The notes: generated from the letters alone by a model not told the origin. A stretch of 64,000 nt of DNA from Lytechinus pictus (GCF_037042905.1 NC_087254.1:28086001-28150000); one strand, 5' to 3'; positions 13,192-27,834 are shown, numbered from the stretch's first letter. Numbers and translations: made by a program.

Positions 13192-15054
13192 TTAATTGAA
13201 AATCGTATCTGTGTTTAGGATTCTGTTCAAAGCGATCAAGAAACAGCCTAATCCAGCATCAACAAAGTTTTAACTTTCTTGACTCATTGAATGAAGACGT
13301 AGATATTTACAAGAAAAAAAATTACATTTACGTTTTAGGTTGTTGCTTGATTCTTTTTCTATATACAGTTTCTTTTCTTTAGGTGGTAACCAAGAAGCTT
13401 TCATAACTCTCCACAAATCACGCCATCTTTAAAATCACCGTGTCATTTGATCCACTCCCTGATTGTTATATTCCGTTTGCTGTATTTTCTTTTCACTCCA
13501 AACCCCCCCCCCCCCAACACTCCTGTCTTAATTGAGTCACAAAACTATTAAATATCATGCGATAAATCACTGCGTCTCATGCTTGCCATCACGTAAACGT
13601 GGAATCCAATTTGTTGCGAAAATCTGTTATTTTTCGATGCCGCCATCCAATCCAGCGCGGTTAGTATGATACAATCTCAAGTAGTGGAGACGTAACAAAA
13701 ATTTAATTTCCTCGACGGGGCTCTCGAAATCGGAAAGGAGAAAAGCGTAATTTCGTCCTCCAAACACAAGGGGGTGAGTTGGAGAAGGATAACAGGCTAG
13801 GTGATGCTGTTACACGCATTCTTGAGAGATGAAGAGTAAAGAGAGAGTTTATTCACTTGTCTACGGCTTGATGTAGCGGTTTTAATTTTCACAGTGTTTT
13901 ACTCGCTTGATTGAATAGGAGTGGAAGTTTAGATTAGAGGAACCGCGAACCATGGCTGACGTGGATGTCGTTCTCTCTCAATCTCTCTTCCTTTCTCTAT
14001 CTTTTAGATCTTCAAGACTAAGAATGAATTAGGGGTAATTATTGCGACTTTGCCTTAAAGGGAGAGTGACGACTTGACTGTGGTCATCTTACCTGTGGTA
14101 ATAAGCACCGTCTCTTTCTACGAGCCTTATTAAGCGCGTGATTCAAATCTTGAAATAATAACTTTAAATTATTGCAGATGTTTCACACATCATTCAACTG
14201 AAATTTACTAATTATTCATTTTAGAATTGAAGCAAACTTTTGTTACTGTCTTTTCACAAATCTGATGAATTTTACCAAAAGAAAATCCTCGATTCAATTT
14301 TGCAAGTGCGATCCGTTGATGTAGATGCAGTTCAATTCCTAGAACCCGATCATTTCAAATCGAATCACGACAATATTACAATAGATCAATTTCTACATGA
14401 ACTAGCCAGGCAAATGTTGTCTCGGATGAGACTCAGATTTAACTTAACGTTTGTCGATTTAAGGAAACTATAAGTACTCAATCCCGAAGCACAATAAAAA
14501 GTAGTGTTCGATGTGAAGATTTAAAAAAAAGAATCGGTTTCCTCGACCATGTCGACAGCTGTATGGGCAAGGGAGAAGTATGTGAGTTTTCAGTTGATGT
14601 TATCAATGGTGGATAGTATTTGAGGGGGAATTTCATGAGTTTTACTTTGTAAATAGTCTAATGAAGAAAGAAAATATTCTAATGTAATTATGTTTATACA
14701 CATGATATACGAGTGAAGATTAAAACGTAAAGAATGAACGATATATCCAATGAAATGTTCATTGCGATTTGGTGTTTATGATCTGACGTTGGTGATGATG
14801 AATATGATGTTGTTGATGAACTTTTCATGGTGATCTATTTTGATGGAGGCGATGATGCTGATGATGATCACGATGATGGCGGTTAAAGGTAACATACTTT
14901 AGATAATCAAGTTGGTTCTGGGCGTAACAAAAAGCTTAGCAAAATTGATCGCAGAACAACGTTTTACGATTGATTGATTGCACTGACTATACAATTAATC
15001 GTGATAATTAATTGGCTGTGCGATGAATTGTTAAGCTTTATGGGGGACCTTGGT

Positions 15055-16125
15055 GAAGATGATGAGATTGCATGGATGATGATGATCATGATAATGATGA
15101 TAATGATGATGATGATGATGATGGTGATGAAGATTATATTGATGAGGGTGATGATGATAGTGATGNNNNNNNNNNNNNNNNNNNNNNNNNNNNNNNNNNN
15201 NNNNNNNNNNNNNNNNNNNNNNNNNNNNNNNNNNNNNNNNNNNNNNNNNNNNNNNNNNNNNNNNNNNNNNNNNNNNNNNNNNNNNNNNNNNNNNNNNNNN
15301 NNNNNNNNNNNNNNNNNNNNNNNNNNNNNNNNNNNNNNNNNNNNNNNNNNNNNNNNNNNNNNNNNNNNNATGNNNNNNNNNNNNNNNNNNNNNNNNNNNN
15401 NNNNNNNNNNNNNNNNNNNNNNNNNNNNNNNNNNNNNNNNNNNNNNNNNNNNNNNNNNNNNNNNNNNNNNNNNNNNNNNNNNNNNNNNNNNNNNNNNNNN
15501 NNNNNNNNNNNNNNNNNNNNNNNNNNNNNNNNNNNNNNNNNNNNNNNNNNNNNNNNNNNNNNNNNNNNNNNNNNNNNNNNNNNNNNNNNNNNNNNNNNNN
15601 NNNNNNNNNNNNNNNNNNNNNNNNNNNNNNNNNNNNNNNNNNNNNNNNNNNNNNNNNNNNNNNNNNNNNNNNNNNNNNNNNNNNNNNNNNNNNNNNNNNN
15701 NNNNNNNNNNNNNNNNNNNNNNNNNNNNNNNNNNNNNTACTTCATGTACTTGGTACATGATAGTATGCCTTATAATGTNNNNNNNNNNNNNNNNNNNNNN
15801 NNNNNNNNNNNNNNNNNNNNNNNNNNNNNNNNNNNNNNNNNNNNNNNNNNNNNNNNNNNNNNNNNNNNNNNNNNNNNNNNNNNNNNNNNNNNNNNNNNNN
15901 NNNNNNNNNNNNNNNNNNNNNNNNNNNNNNNNNTAATGATAAGTATTATAACAACGACAATGATAATAATGATGATGATGATAATAACTATAATACAATA
16001 AGTATTATAATAACAATGATAATAATAATAATAATAAAACTAAAAACAATAACGATAATTAGATAATGATATTAACGATTGTGATAAGAATGACAATACT
16101 ACTACTGCTGCTGCTGCTACTATTT
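15055..16125. repeat. (GAT)n/(AAT)n simple repeat region, mostly Ns (15166-15369, 15373-15737, 15779-15933)
   Basis: Trinucleotide repeats flank the N blocks. A 3-nt island between blocks suggests masking rather than true scaffold gaps. Confidence 0.85.
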
Positions 16126-16703
16126 CACTAATGATTTAGTGAAATAACTATATGATTTAGTGAAATAGGGCTTATTTCTGCCAGAAAATGTGCCCCCTTG
16201 GAAAATCCTGGATCCGCCCCTGCGTATATGAGTCAGACTGCTGTAATGTATTTTCAACCAAGACTACTACACTATCGTGACTTGAAAGACATTCTACTCA
16301 AATTTAGATAGACTTATCAGAAAGGCTCTTAATGTATATTTTTTTAGATAAAAGCTTCTCGTCAATTATTCTAATGGAATCTATCCATTTAAAAAAAATA
16401 TATTTTCTAGATGTTTAAGCTCTGTCAAGAGCCCCTCGGAAAATTCTAGGAGATAGTTGCATCAATTTATTTGATTTATTCTATTCTTCATAGAAAAATA
16501 TATATAAAGGTCAACACGTGTATACAAGTGTAAAAACTATGAACATATAAATACATATTTATAGATCCATACGCTAGCAGGCGCATACGTTACAATGGTC
16601 ATGATTTAACATATCACCACAAATGTGACAAAATAGACTATAGCTAAAAGAAATGGATGTGAGAATCTTAATGAAATGCACATATTTTTCAAATAGTATT
16701 ATA

Positions 16704-16988
16704 CACTGTTAGAAAATCTCTACTTAAAAAAAGGAAATTCCTGTAGCAGAGTCTCGAGAACACCTGTAATCTTACTGCACTGTGTAATATTACATGCATT
16801 TGGGTAAAATTACAAAAAAAATGGTATTTGCTTATGTAACCTTACAATTGTATTGTCATAAAACTATTTCCTTTAAAAAACAGACATGTTCTGTAAAAAA
16901 AATTAAAAAAATCTTTCCTGTTAAAACAATTTACAGAATGATTTGGTTATTTCTTTCTGTAAAATCTTTTTTTTTTCTTCTAATAGTG
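16704..16988 (+). mobile_element. MITE family A copy (CACTGTTAGAAAA termini)
   Basis: Shares TA-CACTGTTAGAAAAT, GCAGAGTCTCGAGAACACCTGTAATCTTAC and TTTACAGAATGATT with the copies at 48612 and 58845. Confidence 0.85.
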
Positions 16989-19900
16989 TTTAACCTCAAA
17001 TCATTTGTGTAAAACTATTCCCTAACTTCTATCATAACAGCACATTCTAACAGGCAGTTTTGAAACTCTTATGGCTAATTTGATTTGGAGTCTTGATAAA
17101 TTTATCTCTCCAAAGTAAGTTGTTTTCAAGAAGGAAACTTTATTTTGTTCACAATAAGAACAAAATTATAGTTTGAGGTGTATACGCACACTGGTTTCGA
17201 GGGTAATTGGTCAATTTCTACAGTTTTGTATACTATAACGAAAGATCTGTTTACGTCAAAACGTTCACCTGTTGGCATGTTCGATCAAATAATATGTTTT
17301 TGCATGCCAGGCAGTTTCCATGTATACGACCCCTTCAAATCGTCTGACAGAGGTAAACTGGCTCCGTTAACTATTCACGATTATAACTGACCAGCCCGAT
17401 TTGGGGGAGAGAAATGAAAAAGGTTCCACTTTTCCCCAATAGTGACCCAGCTAGATTTAATAGCCTTCAATTATATGGAATCAATTTGGCCTGTAATGAT
17501 GCCATTATAAAAACCCGCCAAATGGGTATCGCTTTTCAGCAATTTTTGATTGAATTACCCTGTGGCGGCAAACACTGATAATCGGCGATCGAACCACCTG
17601 CGATCTTTTGTATGGGGCTTAAAAATACTTTGCATTGACTACTTGATATTGAATTTGTAAAATTACGTTGTTTACCGCGCAATCGTTAGGGCGTATCGTT
17701 GGCGAGGTAATCGCTGTCTTACATGGTGGTCCCGTGTTTAGTGTCGCCTCCAAACTGGTCCACAATTGTCCGCGTCTGTGATTGTATGGTACGGGTTAAC
17801 GTCAACAAAGGAGCAAGAAAGGACGACGAATCAAAGCGAACCGTTTTATGGAAGATAATCGCTGGTAATTGAGTGTTCGCATTCCAATATAATAGTCGCA
17901 TAATACTCAAAAGTCAAGACGTCTTTGAGAAAGAAGAATATATAACTGTTTTTAATCCTATCATGAGATGAGTGTCTCTAACTTCAAGTAGGAGCATGCT
18001 ATCTCTACCATAATACAGCCTAGACGTCTAGGTTCTATCACTTCTACCAGTGCTTCAAGCTTCGTCTGGTAAGAGTTATTATAGCATTCAATATTGAGGA
18101 AAAACGATTGAATCAAATTGCTGATGAGGAGCCAGACATGTTTTTAGTGTGTAAGTGAAATGTGAAAGTGAAAGCAAGAACGAAATAAGAATTTTATTTT
18201 CCTTCCAACGTTTACACAAGCGGGCTCTGAATTACACTACTCCTTGCATAATTATTTTGGCAATTTGAATGGCGAAACTTATTTTTTCAATCCTACGTAC
18301 TTGAGTTTCATCTCATCGATTCTATAATTTCCTTTTCACCTTTTTTGAAAATAAATTATCCCTTCTTACTTCTCGTGTATTTTAGTATATAGTGTGTCGA
18401 CATGAATTCGATGTGTTCTGACATAAACAACCTCTCTACAGACTTAAACAAAAGAATTACGGGCCGAAATTATAGTTTACAGCGAATGCAAATTCTTATT
18501 GAATTGAATTAAATAACTTTATTGTCCATGATCATTATTGGTATTTGTCCGCTTTAGATCTATCTGTCTATAAGTATGGCACCCCCAATGAAAATCTTGG
18601 GGGTGCTTCACCAACCCCAACACCCCTGCAGCTGCAGCTTCCCAGGGCCATGCATGCGCTCCACATCTCTGCAAAGAATTCACAGCCCGATCGTAACACT
18701 AGTGATGTTACAAAACCATTGAGATTAGATGGGCGTGTAAACTTATTCTCGCAGCTTGTCTGTTGGGTTTCATTCAAGCCGATGATGGCGTCCTACTAAT
18801 TCTCTTCTTGATGTATTTCTAAGCCCCTGCATTTGTGATATGTTTTACAAGCATATCGATGGCATTTATTGATCCCTCAGAAATCAAAATATAGTGTTTT
18901 TCTCTTGATCGGTTACTCAACACGATGTCAGCTTTATGACATGGTCAAATTATAGTAAGAGGCATCTTGAAAAGAGATATCAGACTTAAGAATTTGGAAT
19001 TGAGGCCTAGTTCGACCGTGAAAACGATCGCCATTTCAAGTATTTGATAGGCCCTGACAATAATTAGTCTTTCTGTTTTTTTTTGTTGTTGTTGTTGTGG
19101 AGGTTGTTGGTTTTCAACCGGCGTTTGACGGTAAGTTTTTTTTCCAAATCAAAGATATTCGATGGGTATTGGACACTTTAAATCAAATATGTAACTAACA
19201 TTGTAATCAATATTGGTCCATAAAACCCGAAGGAAGTATAATATCACTTTTCGTAATATATTGGGATAAAGGAATATGTTGATGTTTTTTAAGTCCCGAT
19301 TGCTTCATATTCTGGCAATAAATTTTAAACCTGGCATTCATCAAAATGTCAGGATAATTTGATTTGGATATATATCTAAAAAGTGGTCGAATTCCTGTTC
19401 TCCTTAGAGCTATTGAAGTATTGGTCAATATTAAACTAAACTGCTAAACAGGCTTTAACAACTCTTCTTGTGTGTTCGATTTTCTTTTTCTTTTCCCTTT
19501 TTTTGATGGGATCCCTATTCCTCGTTATCAAAATGGCATGTATTCGATTGCCGAATTATCTTTAATTCAATAGCATGAAAAACATGTGAGATCATATGAC
19601 TACACGGAGAATGAATCACTAAGCCATCATTTTGAAAACGTCTTTGTCCCCGGACCAATCGAACACGTGAAATCATATCCTTATCCATTTCTTTCCCTAC
19701 CGATTTCTATAGCAGTGTTGTATTAAAATAGAGATGGCGGAGACGAAAACAAGAGTCACAATTTCGCCGTCAAACGTCATCTCATAAAAAAACGGATGGG
19801 GATCACCATTTAACTAGCTGTTGACACTGTAAGCAGGAGCACAAGAAGGAGATTCTTCTCTCAGTTAGTGAATTCTTCCTGTTTTTTAACCGAAGAAAAT

Positions 19901-20916
19901 CCCGCCAGCTTTCTCGAGTTGATCTCCACAAATGGAATCGGTTATTGAATTACACGGCAGGGAGATTGCCACCCAAAGTCGCGCCTAAGACCCGGCCGAG
20001 TCGGGCCCGGGCGATGCCGGTCTAATCACCGCTTTAGCCACAACGCGACGATTGGATGAAAACAAAGCTATAGATGCAAAAAAAAAATGCGGGAAGGGAG
20101 TCATGAGAGAGGAGCATGGGGCTCTTATGTTGTAGACAATTTCAATGTGGTCCATTAATAGATGAGACACGTCATCATGCCGATTTACATTTGAGATTTA
20201 CTCTTTCGTTAATTTCAGCGGTGTCAAAAAAGAATAAAAAGCTTTGGGATAGATTTACAAGCATCGCGACACGGAGGGGTCGTGTATCTCAATGCTCAAC
20301 GTTTCAATGATTTATAAAGAAAACAGCTTCTCTATATATATGTCTTGTAAATTAAACGAGTTATATGACGGTTTAACATTTATGATCAATCTTTCTATTT
20401 TTTATTCCGTCGAAATTGTCTTCAATATATTCGTTAGTTTTATTCTTATTTTGCTTCTTTTTAGTTTCTTGTTATGTACAACATAAAGAAATGACAGAAC
20501 TATATACATTGAAAACAATAAACATTATATATGAACAATAAACCCACATGATTCATTTTGTTCGTCGAATTCGTCATAAATTTTGTAAATGTGGAAATTG
20601 ACTTACTTCACTGAGTGGATTTCGATATAAATTTAGATTTGAGCGTTTAAAATGGTTCAAGGTTAAGATGGTTTTAACATTTGTTACTTTGACTGTTATT
20701 TTACATGGCATTCCTATGTCCAAAATGAAAACTATAATGGTCATCATTATGTTTAGTAGTAAGCTGTGGTAACTTATGTAATAGTACACGCCAGCAGTTT
20801 TTGTTAGTATATTAGCAGTAGTTAGAAGTATTAACATTACTATCGAAATACATATTCCTCTAATGAATCTGATTTTTCAGGAAAAAGAAGCAGAAGAAAA
20901 TCAGGAAGAAGAAAAA

Positions 20917-21065
20917 NNNNNNNNNNNNNNNNNNNNNNNNNNNNNNNNNNNNNNNNNNNNNNNNNNNNNNNNNNNNNNNNNNNNNNNNNNNNNNNNNNNN
21001 NNNNNNNNNNNNNNNNNNNNNNNNNNNNNNNNNNNNNNNNNNNNNNNNNNNNNNNNNNNNNNNNN
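20917..21065. other. N block within a (GAA)n-like repeat
   Basis: Ns flanked by GAAGAA-type sequence. Confidence 0.9.
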
Positions 21066-21640
21066 AAGAAAAGGTAAACGAGACGAGTAATATTAATCAT
21101 CAACGTAGCGGTTGGAAGTATAGGATCCCCTTACACAAATCACAAAAGTTACACCTTAGATTAGGTCAAATAGCGTAATTTTTGACGCAATTCTTTTTAT
21201 CGAATTTCCTCGGATATAAAAAAAAAACTGTCTGAATTCACCATATACGTTTACCCTCAGAATCTGTGACGTGACTTACAGTTTGTTCGAAACTTTCGGT
21301 CATCTATAATACCGAAAGAGTTACAAAACTTTTTTACAGTGTTGGCCAAAGTATTTGATTATTTCTTAAAAAAGGACTAGGTATAAGCAGGTTCATTGTT
21401 TTCATTGTTAACATGGTTAATCTTTCTTCAGGTTTGTAAAGATAAGATAAGAAAACTGGTACCCTTAATAACATACATGTAGATTGTGAAAATCACTTTA
21501 AAGTTATTGTGAATGATTATTGGTATTCTCCCCGATTGAATTTGTATTAATACAAACCCCTTTTTTTTGCAATATCATTGCTATGCAGCTTTAACCTTAA
21601 AATCCTTTGCCAGTGTACATTAATTCTTATGCTTAAGAAA

Positions 21641-22932
21641 CGCAGCATTCGATACGATTGATCATCAACTGCTGCTACAAAGAATGAGTACTTATTTCGG
21701 AATCAAAGGAAGTGTTCTCCGGTGGTTTTCTTCCTACCTGGAAAAGAGATCGCATGCTGTCAAGATTGAAAACGCTACATCAGGATTATCTCATGATGAG
21801 CAAGGGGTTCCTCAAGGGTCCGTCATCGGACCACTTACCTTTACAACGTACACTGCCCCTATCAATGACATTATAAGATCTCATGGTGTTGATGTAATGT
21901 TATATGCAGATGACACACAAATGTATATTGTCTTCAATCAATGTGATCGCCAGGTTTCAGTTGAAATACTGAATGCCTGCATCGTTGATATTAGGAGTTG
22001 GGCAACCAAAAACAAACTGTCTCTTAATGATGAAAAAACAGAACTTATACATTTCACTTCGATGTTTCGTCCAGAAATAAGTATGATTGATGTTAGGGTT
22101 GGCAACAATCATGTTGCTCCTGCTGGCAATGCTAAAAACTTAGGGGTTATATTTGATAGACATATCAATATGAAAGAGCAGATTAGTTCTATCTGCAAAT
22201 CTGCCATGATAACAATCAGATGTATCAGTCGAATAAGAGGGTTTCTGAATAAAGAGGCAACAAAAAGCCTGGTCCATGCATTTTGTCACCAGTCGAATCG
22301 ACTCATGTAATAGCTTGCTATTTGGTCTTCCCAAAAAAGACATACACCGTATACAGATGCTGCAGAATATTGCAGCTAGACTAGTAACTCGCACTCCTAG
22401 ACAACACGGCATTACCAGTACCCTGAAGAAATTACATTGGCTTTCTGTTGAAAAGCGCATCACATTTAAGATTATTTTTTTAGTTTTTAAAGCTCAGCAT
22501 GGCTTATCTCCATCATACTTGTCCAATTTACTAAATGATTACAACCCACCCCGTAACCTTCGATCAAGCAAACGGGTATACTTCTCCAAATTCCCAAAAC
22601 CCACACAAGCTTTTATGGTAGCAGATCATTTGCTGTAGCTGGACCAACCCTTTGGAACAAATTACCCCTACATATCAGACAGGCATCCACTTATTCAACT
22701 TTCAAATCCTTACTAAAACCCATCTTTTCCGAAACTCATAACTAGGTGTAGTATAGGTAATTATTTTATAGGTAATAATTGTAAGTTTAAATATTAAGTA
22801 ATTCTGTAATTAACAAGTCTATTTTCTTTTTTTGTAGTATAATGTACTTTGTATCCTTTATTGTAAAGCGCATAGAGAAACTTTCAGTTTATTATGCGCT
22901 ATATAAGAGAAGTATTATTATTATTATTATTA
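21641..22932 (+). mobile_element. 5'-truncated non-LTR retrotransposon (L2/CR1 group), ORF2 reverse transcriptase C-terminal half plus 3' UTR
   Basis: RT motifs AAFDTIDH, GVPQGSVIGP, YADDTQ, LNDEKTE, KNLGVIFD, LVHAF/VTSRID, LHWL, RNLRSS and [15 protein letters not shown]. Frameshifts near 22281-22284, ~22575 and ~22715. 3' stem-loop AGCGCATA (22867-22874)/TATGCGCT (22893-22900) and a (TAT)n tail to ~22932, typical of L2-like ends. No target-site duplication (TSD) seen. Confidence 0.92.
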
Positions 22933-25513
22933 AATCGAAGAGTACATGTCAACTATGTTATGTATATATTCGAGTTCAATTCTAATGATGACTGATGAGT
23001 GGAGTGGCCATAATTATTGACATTCTTCTAATTATTTTTTCATTAATTATGATTATATTTCAAGCACGTGTGATTGTCCCATTCGCGTTAATTTTCATTG
23101 ATAACGGTGACATGTGATTATGACAAGCCAAAATTTGATTACTTTTATTTCGTTTCCTCCCCTGTTGAACTGTTGGTAATGCAGTTGATTAGTATTATTA
23201 CATTGTCATCAGTGCATATGAAGTGAAGCAAGGCGTCATTTAATGACATTTGTGTCAGGACAAACAACAATCATAATAATGATAGCCACCGTGGAGAGAG
23301 TGTCTGGCGGTTTGTTGCCCCTCCCCCCCCCCCCCCCCCCCCATAGACGGCCATGGGCTCACAAGGCCACGGTGACCGATAAAAATTGAACTTTCTTAAG
23401 ACCTTGGAACGAGTTTTACCCCTTCCATGGGACCCGGGTTAAACAACAACCTCAGTTGGTCTTTTTGCTAAAAAAGAATTGTTAATGAAGCGTAAGTGTA
23501 TGCACCGTCAGTTCCGCCACAGTCTTGGATGATCCGAAAACTCGCATTTGCGTGTTTATGGGTCTCAACCATTCATTGTTTTATTACTATGTTATTAATT
23601 GGTATCTTGAACTTGGATGAAATGACAGTCGAAAGAAAATAAATATTTAAATGAATTGAATTTATCATGATATCGTACAATGTTCTTGAAATACCTTCCT
23701 GCGGGCTGTGCAAATTTAAATGTATATAAAATTATGAGGGCACAGCCGTATTTTTTATTTATTTTATTTTTTGCTCAGTTGATATTTCAAAATAAAATCG
23801 GACACAGGCTAAACCAAGGGAGGAGAGGGGGGCATAGGGCATAAGCACCCAAGTCATCTCCTCGTTTCATTTCTCCTTGGTTCTGACTATGTCCGGGTTG
23901 AATTGAAATATCAACTGAACAAGGGGGAGGCATTTGCCCGAAGCCCCGTTCTTCCAGATTAATCCAACGTGAGAGAAACCAAGTACAAAGAAACAACTAT
24001 ACTCAGTTGTAATTACATTCCAATAAATGCTGCTTTACAAAGAGGTTCCTAATATGAAGTGCATAATGATAATCTATCACATGTATTAGGGATTTTTGTG
24101 AAAATAATGTTTTTGATTAATGATTGCTTATTTTGTTCATTGCCGGAGCCAGAGTATTTTGTTGGAGCACGGAATGGAAGGGGGTATTACGTAATCGGTC
24201 TCATCAATAGCGTGAAGGCACAAAATCAACGCCAATAGGGCATGGGTATGGAGTGCCTAGTCTGCTGTCTAAACCCTTCACTCGAGTTCAGAGTCTGAAT
24301 GTGCAGCCTATAACGCCTTGTGTACTGAAGGCCCTCTAGTCTTTGTGTGGAGACCCACTTGTTGATCAAAGTTTCAACCAGGGTCTGTGCCTGCAGACAA
24401 GGGAGTGCTAACATGCCTGAGAAAACGTTCGTTATATTTAGTGTATAATGAGAGCCCTTTTCGTTTCAACACTGGTTTTATTTTTCCTTTCGTTTTTTTT
24501 CTTCTTAATTTCCTCTCTTTTTATATATTTTAGAATTTAAGAAATCATAGGGGCTGTCTCCCCTTGCCCCTGCTACATGACACATCCCTGCCTCAGCTCT
24601 ATTTATACAATCAAAGTCATATCACCCTGCCCAAACACAATGGAATTAAGGCGACAAATGATTACCACAAAAGTTAGTGAAATGTAATTACATCGTTTCT
24701 TATATGATTAATGATTATGAATTGCAATTTATGATTAAAATGTATAAGACTGAAAGAAGAAATAATAAAGCTATATATCTAACTTCCCTTATACTAGATT
24801 AGGTATTGGTAACGTTATGATTAACCATTCTATGATTAATGAAAAGGTTTGTATGTTTACGGTGTATGGACAAAGACAGGTGGATACAGAATAAAGGCGT
24901 AATAAAAAAAAGTGACAATAATGGTCAATAAGCAATGAATAACGATATCTTATTCCCAAAACCTCCAAATAATTATGAAATAAACTCATTAGTTAAATTC
25001 GCATTGATTGATCAGTCTCGCTTATGTGAACTGAAATGAATTAAGTCAGCTATAACTGATTATGAAATTCATATAATTTCATCACTGAGAATAACGTTTT
25101 TTTATACGAATTCGTATATATCGGCAGATCTAATCGAATGGAAATATGGTTGATTGTAAAGACATGACAGAGACAGCAGTTTATAGTACACATGGATGTC
25201 TATTTCAGAACGAACAGACGGCGACAAAAAATGACCTTCATGCGTTAACATTTATCAGGAGCACGCGCGCAAAATAAAACTACAAAGAAACGAAAGGGAA
25301 GAAAGGGGACAAACTAATAAGCAGCGCTCATTATGACGGGGTCTAAACAAATCATTGTTTTTATCATTACAGTGTGGCTATGATTTAAAAAAAATTACTG
25401 AAATAAACACAAGTGGGGGTTCATAGATTGATTAACATTCTGAAGGTTCACTTTTTTCCTTTCGTCTATATAAAATTACAACGAAGCAAATAATTTTTGC
25501 CCACAGCTCCCCA

Positions 25514-25755
25514 CACTGCAAAAACTGTGGTGTTGACTCTAACACCAGCCCGGAATCTATATATGTCCACACCAGAAAAGTATTAAAACAACACCAGTTT
25601 GGAATCAAATCGATGCTGTTTTGATACTAATTGGTGTTGTATAAACACCTATCTGGTGTTATACCAAAACGAAACTGGTGTTGTTTAACACTTCTCCGGT
25701 GTGGACATAATAGATTCCGAGCTGGTGTTAAATCAACACCAGAGTTTTTGCAGTG
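25514..25755. mobile_element. Fold-back MITE with ~85-bp TIRs and AACACCAG/CTGGTGTT subrepeats
   Basis: CACTGCAAAAACT...AGTTTTTGCAGTG termini, long internal arms (GGAATCTAT..TGTCCACACC / GGTGTGGACA..ATAGATTCC), and CA dinucleotide on both flanks. Confidence 0.88.
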
Positions 25756-25789
25756 CACCAAACATAATCAGAGCCACTATAGCTGGTCT

Positions 25790-25931
25790 TCCAACATGCG
25801 TTAATCATCATTCTCCATTCGATTATGACAAACGCCTGACAAGAAGACTGAAGGTTCTTTGGGATAACTCTGTCGGGAATCGAACCCTCGACCTTCCGCT
25901 AACGAAACTGGTGTTGTGCTACTGAGCCGCC
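25790..25931 (-). mobile_element. tRNA-derived SINE fragment
   Basis: Minus strand reads GGCGGCTCAGTAG (box A-like) ... GGTTCGATTCC (box B, 25886-25876). No full cloverleaf. The 3' boundary is approximate. Confidence 0.6.
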
Positions 25932-26707
25932 ATGTCCTATATTGCTTGATAGGAGATTATATAATACCGTTTCAAACCACTCCTCAATCATTCGCTAAAA
26001 GGGATCTGTTGTGGCATTAAGCCCAATCTCGTATTTTTTTCAATAATCTATCAATTAATCAATAATTCTAAGGAAGCTAAACAAAAAAATATATATATCT
26101 ACCAACTTTAACTTTCTCTTAGACTTTCAGATTAGATATCACACTGTTATAGCACATCCGAGGGCAATGTTTAATATATTTTCTATTACCTGATGCAAGA
26201 GTATAGTTACCACATTGTTCTTTATAATAACCCTTTAAGCACAATTTAAGCAATGAATATAAAAAACATACAGACAAAGATTAGGCCTATGTCCTGAATT
26301 TTTTAGCACTGTTTTACGCGCTCCCTAACATGTCCAAGCTCCGCCCAGTTATCGTCAGTGCTGATCGGTAGCATGTCCATTCAGAGGGAATAGCGACTTT
26401 GTATCCATTGCACAGATAATGTTGTAAGGGGTGGTCAATCATGATAAAGGCATGTTCAGACGTGGTGATCTTTCACCTCTGCTGATTGATAACTACATCC
26501 ATATCCATTGACGATAGCGTCTGAAAGGAGAAAAGTAGGCTTAAAGTAATTCGAATCTTGTATCGGATTTCAATATTGTTCGGGAAGGGTCTATCTGATC
26601 CACATTCACAAAAAGAGTTGCAAATCAAAAATAACTCTAAAAATAAAAATTCACGTGATTTTAAACCAATCACAACAGCTGATAAGTTATTGTCTTCGAT
26701 TTTCTGA

Positions 26708-26890
26708 GGGCCTTTTCACACGTGAATCTTGAATCATGATGATTGCTATTGTAATCGTGACTGTGATTAGCGTTCGTGATTTTAATCATGTTCTAGTTTG
26801 GTTTCACACGTGCTAAATATTCGTCATTAGCCTTATTTTTCACTGGAATCATTATCCAAATAAGGTTTTTTTCACCATGTGAAAGGGTGG
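26708..26890. mobile_element. Degenerate MITE (CCTTTTCACAC...GTGAAAGGG ends)
   Basis: Imperfect TIRs with internal AATCGTGA/ATCATG subrepeats. Confidence 0.45.
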
Positions 26891-27834
26891 TAATTTGCAT
26901 CTAAACACAAATCTTTCTGAAACCTGCTTATGAAGTGATATGTATTATAAAGTACAAAAAACGCGTTTTATTCTAATGCTTTTCTTTCAAATAAGAAAGT
27001 GTGTTTCGCAATGTCCAAAACGAAAGTAAAACGTTGTACCGACAATCAGGAATAAAAATAGCGCCGTGTAACGTATACGAGGCAGGCCGGGCAAATGATG
27101 AAAAAAAGCGATGCCGTTTTTTATTTTTCCTCCCGTCGCTCCGTGGAAACCATGTCAAGAAAACAATTAATAATTGAAGAAGAAGGTAATTCAATGATGT
27201 GGATATCTGAGCATCGGAGAATAACATCCCCCAGATTTCAATTTAATCGAAAAATGAAGGTGCAAAACGGCGGGCTCTAGCGACGATATTGACAATGAAA
27301 ACATTGCCTATGATACCAATACTACTGACTCCTGGAAGCTAAACTCATATCGCTATGATACACTGCGTGATTCAACTTCCTCCTCTTCGTCGGGATGCCT
27401 CGACAACTTCGCTTCCATATACTGGCGGGGGTGGGGGTTGGGGGTGGTCAGAAACCCCCAAACATTTTTACCCCAAAATACATAGGCCTATAACTGCATG
27501 AAAAATAATTGTAGTGTATTTCAAAGTGTTTAAAATTAATTCCTTGGCATCTTGTCGATTTTCTGATCATGATAGAAAAGGAGGCTTACGGGAGGGAGAT
27601 GCCATTGCTCTCCCATTGTAGCCTACATAACTTACCTGACTTACTGCACATAAACATTATTGTCGGCATTTCGTGTTTTTATTATAATCTTAGGGACATC
27701 TGCGTCTCTGTTATTATTTTCTTAGCTTTGTGTATGTTTGTTTATGTTTTTTTTTCAAATTTTGGATGATGTAATACCGGTGGTAGGGCAACATTGAGCA
27801 CTGTGTAGCATCATCAGAGTAAATTACCTTCGCA

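Noticed and set aside
14964-16001. 200-344 aa ORFs
   Set aside because: Artefacts of N blocks and trinucleotide repeats.
23071-23125. TGATTGTCC.. resembling miR-219
   Set aside because: Only the first ~9 nt match and the surrounding hairpin is poor.
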